From: Myxococcota bacterium
GTDB lineage: Bacteria; Myxococcota_A; SURF-8
Assembly: GCA_963674735.2 (NCBI GenBank)
Contig: CAXXQS010000002.1
Coordinates: 1,120,001 to 1,184,000 of the forward strand
DNA length: 64,000 bases
Direction of reading: 5' to 3'
In this document: one piece after another, positions 19,313 to 30,807 of the stretch
Layout: every line of letters starts with the position of its first letter
Numbering within the stretch: the stretch's first letter is position 1
The notes under the pieces: generated by a model
Told to the model about the DNA's origin: nothing
Databases searched by the model: none
What the model saw: only the letters and a program-made list of their open reading frames with translations
Program-made: the position numbers and the translations under genes

Positions 19313-20314
19313 TTATGGAAATTTCCTCAACCACAAGGCCCGCAACAGCAGGTCCAACACCAACAGACAAAAGGCGATCAAAGCGAAGGGACTGTAAGCC
19401 TCCTCCACCATAGTAAACTCCTCGCCCGGCAGCTCGGTGGTTTCCATGCGGTCGATTTCGTCGAATATCTTCTTAAGTGCAGCGGAATCACCGGCCACGA
19501 AAAACGAGCCCTTGGTGGTGTCGGCGATGGATCTCAGCAACTCCGGGTTCACCGGGACTTGCACCTGCTGAACCTGGGTGACGATCTCGCCGGTAAAGGG
19601 ATTGCGGCCTCGGGCCGGGTAGGGCACCACACCGCCGCGTCCCACCTGGATGGTGTGCACGCGCACGTTGAATTCGGCGGCCAGTTCGGCCGCCTTCAGC
19701 GGTTCCACCGACCCACGGTTGTTCGAGCCATCGGTAAGCAGGACCACCACCTTGCTTTTCGCCTCCGAATCGCGCAGGCGGTTGACACTCGTCGCCAGGG
19801 CGTCGCCGATAGCCGTTCCGTCGGCAATCACTTCCATGCGCACGCTGTTGATGATGTTCAGCAGCACCGAGTGGTCGAGGGTCAGCGGGCATTGCGTGAA
19901 GGCCTCGCCCGCGAACACCACCAGGCCCACGCGGTCGTTGGTACGTCCCTTGACGAAATCGGCGATGGTCTGGCGCGCCACGGTGAAACGGTCGGCCGGT
20001 TCGAAATCGAGGGCCATCATGGAGGTGGAAATATCGAACGCGATAATGATATCGAGACCTTCGCGCTTGATCGGAACTTCGTCCGACGGCACTTGCGGCC
20101 GCGCCAGCGCCAGAACGAGCAGCAGCAGCGCAACAAAACGCAGCACGGCCGGAATCCAGCGCAGACGCACCTTGAGCGACGGCTCCACCACCCGTCCGGG
20201 AAAAGCCGGGAAGGGCAGGGGGGCCATGCGTCGCCGTTCGCGCACAAACTCCAGCACGATCCAGATCAGGATCGGGATGCCCCCCAGCAGCGCCCACGGA
20301 TGTGCGAATTCCAA
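19313..20314 (-). CDS. BatA-like VWA domain protein
   Basis: LALARPQ, MIDAS DISTSM, TQCPLTLDH, GTAIGDAL, LLTDGSNN. Confidence 0.9.
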   Translation of the reverse strand: MEFAHPWALLGGIPILIWIVLEFVRERRRMAPLPFPAFPGRVVEPSLKVRLRWIPAVLRFVALLLLVLALARPQVPSDEVPIKREGLDIIIAFDISTSMMALDFEPADRFTVARQTIADFVKGRTNDRVGLVVFAGEAFTQCPLTLDHSVLLNIINSVRMEVIADGTAIGDALATSVNRLRDSEAKSKVVVLLTDGSNNRGSVEPLKAAELAAEFNVRVHTIQVGRGGVVPYPARGRNPFTGEIVTQVQQVQVPVNPELLRSIADTTKGSFFVAGDSAALKKIFDEIDRMETTELPGEEFTMVEEAYSPFALIAFCLLVLDLLLRALWLRKFP

Positions 20315-20329
20315 CCGATTTCTCCTCTA

Positions 20330-21601
20330 TTATCCGGCTTTTACACCCGACGTGGTCTCCCCTTCACGGGTGCGCTCCACGATCAGACGCGCCGTTTCCA
20401 GTCGCTCGAAGCAGGCCACATCCTGCGGCTCATCCTTGGCGAAAAGCACCAGATCACAGGTGTACAGCAATTCCGCCACCACATGTTCGTCCAGGTCACG
20501 CAGGTAAAGCTTCTTCAATTCCCCGGCAATCTCGCCCGAAGTCATGGACAGCGCATCGCGCAGGTTGTAGCGCCGAGCGAAATAGCCGCGCAGAATCTCG
20601 GAAATCCGTTGGTGATAGTCCTTGATCCGGCGTTTGGCCACCAGCTTTTCCGATTCCAACAACCGGAAAGCCTCCAGCGCAATCACATGCGCCGGACGAT
20701 CATCGACGATCACCGCTTCATGGATGACGACTTCCCGGTTTTGCAATCTGCGTAAAATAAACCAAACCAGCAAGCCCGCCACAATCAGTCCGAGCAAAAC
20801 GCCCAGAACGATCAACAGAGTGTAATCCTTGTAGATTCGCGTTTCCGGCCCTTTGATGTCGCGCGGAGCGAGCTTGACGCCCTGCGGTTCCGGCGCTCCG
20901 GCGGGTTGTCCCGCGACGCCCGAACGCGGTTGGCCGGACGCGCCCGGCTGACCCGGTTGACCCCCCGCCTGACCGGGAACGTTCAAAGTCATGGCCGGGG
21001 CCTGCTGCGAGGGGTCCACGATTTTCGCTCCACCAGGAGCGGCGGCCTGCGGATTTGGGGTTCCGCTCCCCGCTTGTTGGTCACGCGCCTGTTGCAGGGC
21101 CAGCTTGCGGGCTTCTTCCTGCAACAGCGACTTGACGGTGACGCGCATGCGGTCGGTTTTGCGTTCCTCATCGGCGCTCGCCCGGCGCACCACGAAGCGC
21201 TGCGGTTCCAAATCCTGCTGACCCGCCTTGAAATGCGTCAAAACGAAACGGTGGGTGACGATATGGCGGCCGTCTTCCTCGGCGCTCTGGCGCGTGCGTT
21301 CGACCAACTCGAAATCGCCCAGCTTCAAGCCACCCGCCACGTCGGCGGCGAAAGGGCGCGCAGCGGAGAAGGTGACCGTCAAGGTGATGGGGTCGCCCGG
21401 ATAGACTTCGCGGGGCGACAGATGCGCTTTCATCGTGATATCGGAAAGATCGGCCGGCGGCGGCGTCTCTTTGGCGGAAGCGGTCGGCGCGTCTTCGGCA
21501 GGAGCGGTCGGCGCGTCTTCGGCCCACGCGCTCAAGCCACCCAGACTGACCAGCATCCACGTAAGCAGGATTCTGCCGATTGTGCGAAATCCGGACTGCA
21601 T
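20330..21601 (-). CDS. Bat-operon membrane protein (BatD-like Ig domain, Pro/Gln linker, TM, DUF4381-like tail)
   Basis: RDIKGP-TM-PAHVIALEAF...YHQRISEILRGY...MTSGE; position between DUF58 and batA. Confidence 0.7.
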   Translation of the reverse strand: MQSGFRTIGRILLTWMLVSLGGLSAWAEDAPTAPAEDAPTASAKETPPPADLSDITMKAHLSPREVYPGDPITLTVTFSAARPFAADVAGGLKLGDFELVERTRQSAEEDGRHIVTHRFVLTHFKAGQQDLEPQRFVVRRASADEERKTDRMRVTVKSLLQEEARKLALQQARDQQAGSGTPNPQAAAPGGAKIVDPSQQAPAMTLNVPGQAGGQPGQPGASGQPRSGVAGQPAGAPEPQGVKLAPRDIKGPETRIYKDYTLLIVLGVLLGLIVAGLLVWFILRRLQNREVVIHEAVIVDDRPAHVIALEAFRLLESEKLVAKRRIKDYHQRISEILRGYFARRYNLRDALSMTSGEIAGELKKLYLRDLDEHVVAELLYTCDLVLFAKDEPQDVACFERLETARLIVERTREGETTSGVKAG

Positions 21602-21623
21602 CGCCGTTTTGTCGCTCCTTCGT

Positions 21624-22526
21624 TTAAGACCGCGCCGCGCGGCGGCGGAAAAAGGCCACCAGCATGGGAATGTAGTCTTCCCCGCAGGTAACCCGGATCA
21701 TCTCCATCTTGTGACGGCGCGTCATGTGCTGAAATTCCTCATCGAAGGCACGCCAACTTTCTTCAAACATGCGCCGGGTGCGCGCGTCCGAGGTATCGAG
21801 CCAGACCACACGGCCCGTCTCGGGGTCTTCCACCGGCATCAAGCCGACATCCGGCAGATGCTCCTCGGCGCGGTCGCGCACCAGAATCCCCACCAGGTCG
21901 TGCTTGCGACGCACGACACGCAGACCTTCCTCGAAACCCTGCGCCATGAAATCGGAGATCACGAAGACCACCGAACGGCGCAGCTTGAGTTTCGACAGAT
22001 ACATCAAGGCCGCGTTGAGATCCGTGCCGCGATGCTCGGGTTCGTAGGACAGGATGTCGTCCACCACGCGCAAGACATGCTTGCGGCCCTTTTTCGGTAG
22101 GATCACTTTCTCAACGCGGTCGGTAAACAGAATCAAGCCGACTTTGTCGCTGTTACGGATGGCCGAGAAAGCCAGCAACGCCGACAATTCGGCCGCCAGT
22201 TCCAGCTTGGATTGCCCCCGAGTGCCGAAACGTCCCGAGGCGGAGCCGTCCACCAGCAACATGACGGTGAGTTCGCGTTCTTCGTGATACTGACGCACGT
22301 AGGCGTCGCGGGCACGGGCGGTGACGTTCCAGTCGATCGTGCGCACGTCGTCGCCGGGCGAGTAGGGGCGCACCTGGTCGAACTCGATCCCGCGTCCCTT
22401 GAAAACGCTGTGGTATTGCCCGGCCAGCGTATCGTTGACCACCCGGTTGGTGGTGATCTCGATGGCCCGGAGTTTGGCGGCGCGTTTCCGCCGCTCATCC
22501 TGCTTGGCTGCGCGCTCCGACATCAC
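21624..22526 (-). CDS. DUF58 family protein
   Basis: GQYHSVFKGRGIEFDQVRPYSPGDDVRTIDWNVTAR. Confidence 0.93.
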   Translation of the reverse strand: MMSERAAKQDERRKRAAKLRAIEITTNRVVNDTLAGQYHSVFKGRGIEFDQVRPYSPGDDVRTIDWNVTARARDAYVRQYHEERELTVMLLVDGSASGRFGTRGQSKLELAAELSALLAFSAIRNSDKVGLILFTDRVEKVILPKKGRKHVLRVVDDILSYEPEHRGTDLNAALMYLSKLKLRRSVVFVISDFMAQGFEEGLRVVRRKHDLVGILVRDRAEEHLPDVGLMPVEDPETGRVVWLDTSDARTRRMFEESWRAFDEEFQHMTRRHKMEMIRVTCGEDYIPMLVAFFRRRAARS

Positions 22527-22532
22527 CGCTCC

Positions 22533-23561
<1,029 letters not shown>

Positions 23562-23802
23562 TTACAATCCTCCCAGCCATCCATGGACGCAAAACGGCGC
23601 TCCCTTGATGAGCGCCCGGCGCGTCTGATTGCAGGGCTCCTATACCACACCCTGCGTGTCGGGTACAACCAAAAGCGGCGGGGAGTTATTCCGGGGAAAA
23701 AGTTTGAATAACGAAAATACGAGGAAAATGGGAATCTCCCCTCCAATCAATATAACCCCCGGAGCTTCTTCTCGAAAACGCACCGACTTTCCAAACTTTT
23801 TC

Positions 23803-23832
23803 TTGACAATTTTCAAACTCGGGGCCTATATT
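23803..23832 (+). promoter_or_regulatory. Putative sigma70 promoter of the tRNA-Arg/tadA unit
   Basis: TTGACA-18 bp-TATATT. Confidence 0.6.
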
Positions 23833-23898
23833 CTTGGGCCTTGAAGTTTGGTCTTTATAAATTCGATTTGCATGGTTCCCCGAAAGGGGTTCAGAGGT

Positions 23899-23975
23899 GC
23901 GCCCATAGCTCAACTGGATAGAGCATCGGACTACGAATCCGAAGGTTAGAGGTTCGAATCCTCTTGGGCGTACCA
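23899..23975 (+). tRNA. tRNA-Arg (anticodon ACG)
   Basis: Cloverleaf; anticodon arm TCGGA CT ACG AA TCCGA; GGTTCGAATCC; encoded CCA. Confidence 0.97.
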
Positions 23976-24001
23976 TTTTTTTGTGCTTGCGGGAAACGAT
24001 C

Positions 24002-24463
<462 letters not shown>

Positions 24464-24516
24464 TACGTACCGCCGATACTTCGGCGGCCGGTTCTTTTGA
24501 CAATTCAACACCTTGC

Positions 24517-24605
24517 GGAGAGATGGCCGAGCGGTTGAAGGCGCATGATTCGAAATCATGTGTGCCCTACGGGTACCCTGGGTTCGAATCCCAGTCTCTC
24601 CGCCA
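24517..24605 (+). tRNA. tRNA-Ser (anticodon CGA)
   Basis: GGAGAGA acceptor stem, arm CATGA TT CGA AA TCATG, long variable arm, GCCA end. Confidence 0.96.
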
Positions 24606-24649
24606 TTTTTGCCATCCAAGGTCCGCAAGGGCTTTTGCCTTATTTTCGA

Positions 24650-24740
<91 letters not shown>

Positions 24741-24774
24741 TTCGATTTTCCGAACCTGTCTCGCAGGTTCCTTA

Positions 24775-24878
24775 TGGCAACCGGGTCCCGTGCGGCGGAG
24801 CCTGCGAACCGCGTCAGGTCCGAAAGGAAGCAGCGCTAAGCAGTTTACTCCGGGTGCCACGGGGTTACCCGGTTGCCA
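24775..24878 (+). ncRNA. ffs: Signal recognition particle RNA (4.5S)
   Basis: Helix-8 motif TCAGGTCCGAAAGGAAGCAGC; terminal stem TGGCAACCGGG/CCCGGTTGCCA; directly upstream of dnaX. Confidence 0.92.
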
Positions 24879-24942
24879 CCCTTTTTTCCCCGTGCTATAC
24901 TTCCGCCCACTTTGAACCGTAACCGCAGGAGCGTCGACGGCC

Positions 24943-26769
24943 ATGTCTTATCTTGTGCTCGCCCGCAAATACCGACCCGCCGGTTTTGACGAAATCATCG
25001 GGCAGGAACACGTCACCCGCACGCTCAGAAACGCCATCAACAAGGGCAAGATTCATCACGCGTTCCTGTTCACCGGCACCCGCGGCGTGGGAAAAACAAC
25101 CACCGCACGCGTGCTGGCCAAGGCTCTGTGCTGTCTGAGCAGCGACGGCCCCACCGACGAGCCGTGCCATACCTGCGCCGCTTGCACCGCCATCAGCCAC
25201 GGACAATCGGTGGACGTCTCCGAGATCGATGGTGCGTCCAACAACAGCGTAAACGATATCCGCGACCTGCGCGACAACGTGCAATACCGTCCGCAGCAGG
25301 CACGCTTCAAGATCTACATCATCGATGAAGTGCACATGCTCAGCACCTCGGCCTTCAACGCCCTGTTGAAGACCCTGGAAGAGCCGCCCGATCACGTCAA
25401 ATTCATCTTCGCCACAACCGAATCGCACAAGATCCCGCAAACCATCCTTTCGCGCTGCCAACGATACGACTTCAAGGCCGTCCCCTCCGTCGAGTTGGCC
25501 GGATTCCTTAAGGATTTGATCGGACGCGAAGGCGTGGGCATCGCCGACGCCGCCCTGAAAACCGTCGTCCGCCTGGCCCGTGGCTCGGTGCGCGACGCCC
25601 TGTCGCTGATGGACGCCGTCATCGCCTACGCGGGCGAAACGATCAGTGAAGAAGACGTACGCGTGGTGCTGGGACTGGCCGATGCCGCCGTCTTCGAGCG
25701 CATCACCGCCGCGCTGATCAAACGCGACGCCCCGGCCGTCTTCGCGGCGGTCGGCGAACTGGTCGACTACGGCCACGACCTGCGGCAGTTCGGAGCCGAC
25801 TTCCTCGAATACCTGCGCGACGCCGTCATGTTGGCGTTCAACCGCCAATCCGGCTCGACGCTCGAACGCGCCGATTCCGAGCTCCAGCAGCTCAAACGCT
25901 TCGCCGGCGACGCGCAGCCGGCGGAATGGGTCGCCTGGTTCGATTTGATGGTGGAGGGACAAGAGCGCATCGCCCGTTCCGAACGCGCCCGCATCATGTT
26001 GGAACTGACGCTGGCTAAAATGCTGCAAGTCGGCCGTATACGCGATATCGACGAATTGCTGGCGGGCCTGAATCGCCTGACCGGTGGACAAGGCAACGCC
26101 CCGGCCGCTTCGCGCGGACCGGCCCGCCGACCGGCACCCGGCTCCGCCACACGAAGCGAAAGCCCGACGCCCGCCCCGAAAGCGGAAAGCGCGGCCCCGG
26201 CCGTTCCGTCGGACGAGCCGCCTCCCCCCGACGACGCCGACGCCTTTTCCAACCGCACCGCCCCGACGCCGCCGATTGACCTGGCCGAACGACGCCAGCA
26301 GGCCGCGCCGAACGAGCCTTCCGCAATTGCGCCGCCCACCTCCATCCCAACCGATTGGGAGAGTCTGGTGGACGCCTTCAAGGGTCAATCGCGCAGCCTG
26401 TGGAGCCTCATGCGGCAGGTGGGTCTGTTGGAATTTTCGCCCACCCGCATTCGGCTTGAAGCGCCGCGCGGCAGCCGCGCCTTACAGCAGCTCGGACACG
26501 GAGAAGGCAAGCGTCGCTTCGAAGCACAATTACGCGAAATAATGGGAGAATCCCTGGTCGTCGACCTGCGTGAAGCCGAAGGCGAAAAGCCGGGCGCGTT
26601 GTCCATTGCCGAGAAAGAACGGCAGCAGGAGACGGCCCAACGCAACGCCGCCATTAAAAAAGGAAAAGCGGACCCCACCGTGCGCCTGATCCGCGAAGTG
26701 TTCGGCGGCGGCGAGGTCCACGTCCGCTCTCTCGAAAACACGAAGAAAGCAAACGGTAACGGAAACTGA
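24943..26769 (+). CDS. dnaX: DNA polymerase III subunit gamma/tau
   Basis: MSYLVLARKYRP, GTRGVGKTT, EIDGASN, DEVHML, SRC. Confidence 0.97.
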   Translation: MSYLVLARKYRPAGFDEIIGQEHVTRTLRNAINKGKIHHAFLFTGTRGVGKTTTARVLAKALCCLSSDGPTDEPCHTCAACTAISHGQSVDVSEIDGASNNSVNDIRDLRDNVQYRPQQARFKIYIIDEVHMLSTSAFNALLKTLEEPPDHVKFIFATTESHKIPQTILSRCQRYDFKAVPSVELAGFLKDLIGREGVGIADAALKTVVRLARGSVRDALSLMDAVIAYAGETISEEDVRVVLGLADAAVFERITAALIKRDAPAVFAAVGELVDYGHDLRQFGADFLEYLRDAVMLAFNRQSGSTLERADSELQQLKRFAGDAQPAEWVAWFDLMVEGQERIARSERARIMLELTLAKMLQVGRIRDIDELLAGLNRLTGGQGNAPAASRGPARRPAPGSATRSESPTPAPKAESAAPAVPSDEPPPPDDADAFSNRTAPTPPIDLAERRQQAAPNEPSAIAPPTSIPTDWESLVDAFKGQSRSLWSLMRQVGLLEFSPTRIRLEAPRGSRALQQLGHGEGKRRFEAQLREIMGESLVVDLREAEGEKPGALSIAEKERQQETAQRNAAIKKGKADPTVRLIREVFGGGEVHVRSLENTKKANGNGN

Positions 26770-26790
26770 TCCAAGCAAGGAGTCCAGGCC

Positions 26791-27105
26791 ATGAAAGGCA
26801 ACATGAACCAGTTGATGCGGCAGGCTCAGCAGATGCAGAGCAAGCTGGCGAAAATGCAGCAGGAACTCTCCAATGAAACGGCCGAGGGACAGGCCGGTGG
26901 CGGCATGGTGACGGCGGTCATGAACGGCAAGCACCAGCTGCTCGAAATCCGACTCGAAAAAGACGTGGTGGACCCGGAAGACATCGAAATGCTGCAGGAT
27001 CTGATCGTGGCGGCCGTCAACCAGGCGTCGAACAATATCCAGGATAAAATGAACGCCGAAATGAGCAAGGTCACCGGCGGGATGAAAATCCCCGGACTCT
27101 TCTGA
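26791..27105 (+). CDS. ybaB: YbaB/EbfC nucleoid-associated protein
   Basis: QAQQMQ...AGGGMV...EMLQDLIVAAVN; dnaX-ybaB-recR synteny. Confidence 0.95.
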   Translation: MKGNMNQLMRQAQQMQSKLAKMQQELSNETAEGQAGGGMVTAVMNGKHQLLEIRLEKDVVDPEDIEMLQDLIVAAVNQASNNIQDKMNAEMSKVTGGMKIPGLF

Positions 27106-27110
27106 TCCGC

Positions 27111-27710
27111 ATGAGCTTTCACGATCCCATCGCCCTGCTGATCCACCAGTTGTCGCGCCTGCCCGGTGTCGGACGTAAATCGGCGACACGACTCGCCTAT
27201 TTTATCCTGCGCCAGAACGATGGCTACGCCGAACGCCTGGCGGAAACCTTGACGGCCGCCCAAAATGAGGTGTGCCTGTGCGCCGTCTGCGGAAATCTCA
27301 CGCCCCAGGATCCCTGCGTTATCTGCCGCGATACGACCCGCAACCCCGGCCTGCTGTGCGTCGTCGAGCAGGTTCCGGATCTGATGGCGGTGGAAGCCAC
27401 CGGCGAATTCAAAGGCATCTACCACGTTTTGCAGGGGGTGATTTCACCGCTAAACGGCGTGGGGCCCGAAGATCTGCGCTTGGCGGAGCTGATGGAACGC
27501 GCGCGCGGCACCGGCATACACGAAATCATCGTCGCCACCAATCCCACCGTGGACGGCGAGGCAACCGCGCTCTACATCAAACGACTGTTGGCTGAAGAAC
27601 CGGTGCGGGTCACGCGGCTCGCCTCGGGCATGCCGGTGGGCTCCGATCTCGAATACCTCGATCCGGCCACCATCACGCGCGCCCTCACCGGACGGCGGGA
27701 AATCGCCTAA
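27111..27710 (+). CDS. recR: Recombination mediator RecR
   Basis: LPGVGRKSATRLA HhH, C4 zinc finger, ATNPTVDGEATA Toprim. Confidence 0.97.
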   Translation: MSFHDPIALLIHQLSRLPGVGRKSATRLAYFILRQNDGYAERLAETLTAAQNEVCLCAVCGNLTPQDPCVICRDTTRNPGLLCVVEQVPDLMAVEATGEFKGIYHVLQGVISPLNGVGPEDLRLAELMERARGTGIHEIIVATNPTVDGEATALYIKRLLAEEPVRVTRLASGMPVGSDLEYLDPATITRALTGRREIA

Positions 27711-27728
27711 CCGCTCGATATCGATGGA

Positions 27729-28895
27729 TTATTTTTCCGGTTTGGTGTCGCGGTCTTCCGGGGTTTCTTTGAGATACTCGCCGTAATAGCGTTCCGCGCA
27801 ATCCGGGCACATGCTGTGGCTGAATTCGGCTCCCGAATGCTCGTGCAGGTAGTTTTCGATCTGATTCCAATAACCTTTGTCGTCGCGAATTTTCTTGCAG
27901 GCAGCGCAAATGGGCAGAAGGCCGTGCAACTGCTTGATGCGATCAACCTTTTCCTGTAAATCCCGAACCAGGCTCTCGCGCTCACGCTCCAGTCTTTTGC
28001 GGACCGTCAAATCGGTCAGGATGATCAGTATGCCTTTGAACTTCTCACTTACATCCAGAAGCTCGGACAGCTTGACTTCGAATATTTTATCCGCACCGAA
28101 GAGCTTGACGGCGATTTCAAGGTTCTCGTCTTGTTTTCGCCCCTCCCGCAAAATCCCGACCGACTCCACCAGCCAAGGATAAACGTCCCCGAATTCCTGC
28201 CCGATCAGGCTCTCTCCGGATTCGCCGATCAATTGACCTTTCGCCTGCTCCAAAAGACCGTGCCGATAATAGGACGATCCGGGAAAAATGGAAAGATCGA
28301 TGAGACGGGCGGCTTCGTGATTGAAATTGCGGATTTTCCAGTCGGAATCCACCAGGATAATGGGGCTTGAGTGGCTTTCGAATGCTGTCAGGTAGATGTT
28401 TTTTTCGTTGGTCATCTGCCGGTTGCTGGCCTGCAACTCTTCGATCCGCTTCTGTTCGTTTCGATTATTCCACTCCACGACAAAAGCGATTTCGATCCGA
28501 TCGAAAATCAATTCGATGCTACGCCGGTAGTCGCGATAACGAGGGAAGGTAACCAGTTTCTCATCGATAAAATCGAGATAGCTCAGTTGATAATATTTGT
28601 ATAAACCCAGAAACATTGACAGATTGATACCGCGTTCCCGGTGCCGCCGGGCTTCCAACACACCAAAAGCCGCCGCCGGATCGGCCAGATAATCGTCGTC
28701 CGCGTTCAACTCGGGAGGGAAATCGCAATGCTGCAGGCTATCGGCAATGGAGCAGGTCAAACCGGCAATGGACAACCGCCAGGCCTCTTCCAAGGTCGAC
28801 GTATATTGAGCGTAATCATACAGTTTCGCGTAGTGTAGAATACGCTCGATCAGCCAGTTTTCCCCTTGTTGCAGTTGTTTGATCAGTAGTCGCAT
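27729..28895 (-). CDS. Cytoplasmic sensor: helical N-domain, PAS, C-terminal Cys4 domain
   Basis: PIILVD..NFN..A PAS start, ILTDLT PAS end; tail LLPICAACKKIRDDKGYW...SHSMCPDC. Confidence 0.8.
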   Translation of the reverse strand: MRLLIKQLQQGENWLIERILHYAKLYDYAQYTSTLEEAWRLSIAGLTCSIADSLQHCDFPPELNADDDYLADPAAAFGVLEARRHRERGINLSMFLGLYKYYQLSYLDFIDEKLVTFPRYRDYRRSIELIFDRIEIAFVVEWNNRNEQKRIEELQASNRQMTNEKNIYLTAFESHSSPIILVDSDWKIRNFNHEAARLIDLSIFPGSSYYRHGLLEQAKGQLIGESGESLIGQEFGDVYPWLVESVGILREGRKQDENLEIAVKLFGADKIFEVKLSELLDVSEKFKGILIILTDLTVRKRLERERESLVRDLQEKVDRIKQLHGLLPICAACKKIRDDKGYWNQIENYLHEHSGAEFSHSMCPDCAERYYGEYLKETPEDRDTKPEK

Positions 28896-28988
28896 GAAGG
28901 ATGCCTACAATTCAATGGTGATTTCGTATTTTAATTCCTTTCAAAGTGGAAAACAATCACTATTTGGTGATTAAAAAATTCCAGTCCG

Positions 28989-29507
28989 CTATTTCCGCAA
29001 CCGCCCCGGTTTCATCAACTCAAATGCGGGTATCACACGAAGTGTCGTCACCTTCCAGCTTTTATCGTCAAGCGCCAGGCGTCCGGAGACGGCCAGCTGA
29101 GCCTGTGAAACGCCCGTTGCCTTTGCGCTTCCGCGCCGCCAGGTCAAGCGGACCTCCACCTCGGCCAGCCCTTCCGTGGGAAGCGTCACGTCCACGCTTT
29201 TCAGATCGATTTCCGAACCGTTGATCATGGAAACATAGGCTCGCGTGGCGGCCAGGAACGCGGCTCGATCCTCGGGACCGAAAACCATTTTGTGGCCGCG
29301 CACATCCAAACGGAACCCGAATTCGTCCAGATTGATGAAATCCAGATAAGCCTCGGCCTCGCGGGTCGTTAATTGAGCCGCCATGCGCTCGATGAAAGCC
29401 GCCACCCGCTCCTCGTCGCTTTCGACCAGGAAATCGACGGTCAACCATCCACCCACGGCAATAATCGCTCCGGCAATCACGATCAGGACAGGCATGTTCA
29501 GGCGCAT
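28989..29507 (-). CDS. Hypothetical membrane-anchored protein (possibly NTF2-like)
   Basis: N-terminal TM, then ESDEERV helix and beta strands ending WKV. Confidence 0.6.
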   Translation of the reverse strand: MRLNMPVLIVIAGAIIAVGGWLTVDFLVESDEERVAAFIERMAAQLTTREAEAYLDFINLDEFGFRLDVRGHKMVFGPEDRAAFLAATRAYVSMINGSEIDLKSVDVTLPTEGLAEVEVRLTWRRGSAKATGVSQAQLAVSGRLALDDKSWKVTTLRVIPAFELMKPGRLRK

Positions 29508-29622
29508 GGATATCCCTTTCACATGGTGAAAATCCGATTACTATCATAGACCTTCGGCGTTTGTTCGACAAGCGTCCATCCCAAAAGACAACGCGAACCG
29601 TGTTAAATACGCGATCCGGTAC

Positions 29623-29650
29623 TTGACATCGCCCCAAAGAACGTTATTTT
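29623..29650 (+). promoter_or_regulatory. Putative sigma70 promoter of trxA
   Basis: TTGACA-16 bp-TATTTT. Confidence 0.4.
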
Positions 29651-29740
29651 CTATGAGTTATGGAATGAACCGGACCTGGAAATGCTCTTTGGATACCGGG
29701 GATTCTTTCTTAGGACCGTGCAATCAAGGAGAGTGATTAT

Positions 29741-30067
29741 ATGAGTGAACTCGTCAAACATGTCACCGACGCGGATTTCGACCAGGAAGTGCTGAAGTCA
29801 GACACCCTTACACTGGTGGATTTCTGGGCTCCCTGGTGTGGTCCATGTAAATTTGTGGGCCCGGTAATCGATGAACTGGCACCCGAATACAGTGGAAAGG
29901 TAAACTTCACCAAAGTCAACACCGATGAAAATCAGCAAGTTGCGATGAAATACGGCATCCGTTCCATTCCGACATTGCTGCTCATCAAAAACGGTCAGGT
30001 GGTCGACACGCGTATCGGCGCTCTTCCCAAAGATCAGTTGAAGGCTTTCCTCGACGCGAGCCTGTAA
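29741..30067 (+). CDS. trxA: Thioredoxin
   Basis: [16 protein letters not shown]; AGGAG SD. Confidence 0.97.
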   Translation: MSELVKHVTDADFDQEVLKSDTLTLVDFWAPWCGPCKFVGPVIDELAPEYSGKVNFTKVNTDENQQVAMKYGIRSIPTLLLIKNGQVVDTRIGALPKDQLKAFLDASL

Positions 30068-30077
30068 TTCGCCTGTT

Positions 30078-30112
30078 AAAAAAAACGGCCCCCTACTTGT
30101 GGGGGCCTTTTT
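30078..30112. terminator. Bidirectional terminator between trxA and cheX
   Basis: A8-C-GGCCCCC-loop-GGGGGCC-T5. Confidence 0.85.
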
Positions 30113-30134
30113 CGTGGGATCCACCTCGCTACGG

Positions 30135-30599
30135 CTAGTTCGATTTAGCTAGGCAAATCAACAGGTTGAATTCTCCAATTCCCGTTGCATCGAAGGTCAC
30201 CTCGAAAAGCGGGACATCGCGTGGCAGGGAAATCAGCAATGGATCGCCCACGATGACCGATGGCAGCGACATGGTCAGTTGATAACCGACGACCTTGCTT
30301 TTGGCGCCGGCGATGATGTTGATCAATTCGCCGGCGGCATCACAAGCGGCCTCATCGAGGGCAAGAATATCTTCCCCGAGAAACTGGCTAAGCGCTTTGA
30401 GCGCAGTCGCTTCCGGCATACTGATGGCCACCGTCCCCTGCATATCGCCGGAGATACCGATCAACGAATACACTCCCGCTTGGCGGTGGCGCGGATTCGC
30501 AGCCTGGATATCTTTGAGATCTAGAGTGATATCCATCATGGAATCGAAGGTTTCGCGTGTCAAATCGATAAACGGCTTAATAATCGCTTTGATATCCAT
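30135..30599 (-). CDS. cheX: CheX-family phosphatase
   Basis: IGISGDMQGTVAISM, DAAGELINIIAG (ExxN), SLPSVIVG. Confidence 0.88.
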   Translation of the reverse strand: MDIKAIIKPFIDLTRETFDSMMDITLDLKDIQAANPRHRQAGVYSLIGISGDMQGTVAISMPEATALKALSQFLGEDILALDEAACDAAGELINIIAGAKSKVVGYQLTMSLPSVIVGDPLLISLPRDVPLFEVTFDATGIGEFNLLICLAKSN

Positions 30600-30807
30600 C
30601 CACTTCCTCGTTCGTGTTGAAGTTCCCGTGATCCGGTGCAGACCGGAAGTAGCCGGGAAAATGGCGAGATTTGCCGCCTATTCCATTAATCGGCTTTCAG
30701 ACACGAAGCTGAAGTAAAAAAAAAGTGGCGGGTCCTGTGGTTGCTTTCCGCTGAAAAATCCGCTATGACTAAAAGCGTCGATCAAGTCCGAAATTAAGGA
30801 GACTACG

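Noticed and set aside
18353-20755. 800-aa plus-strand ORF
   Set aside because: Antisense shadow of batA/batB; no motifs; expected from high-GC codon bias
26655-26663. AAAAAAG in dnaX as a gamma/tau -1 frameshift site
   Set aside because: Phase is ATT AAA AAA GGA, not A AAA AAG, and it lies only ~35 codons from the stop
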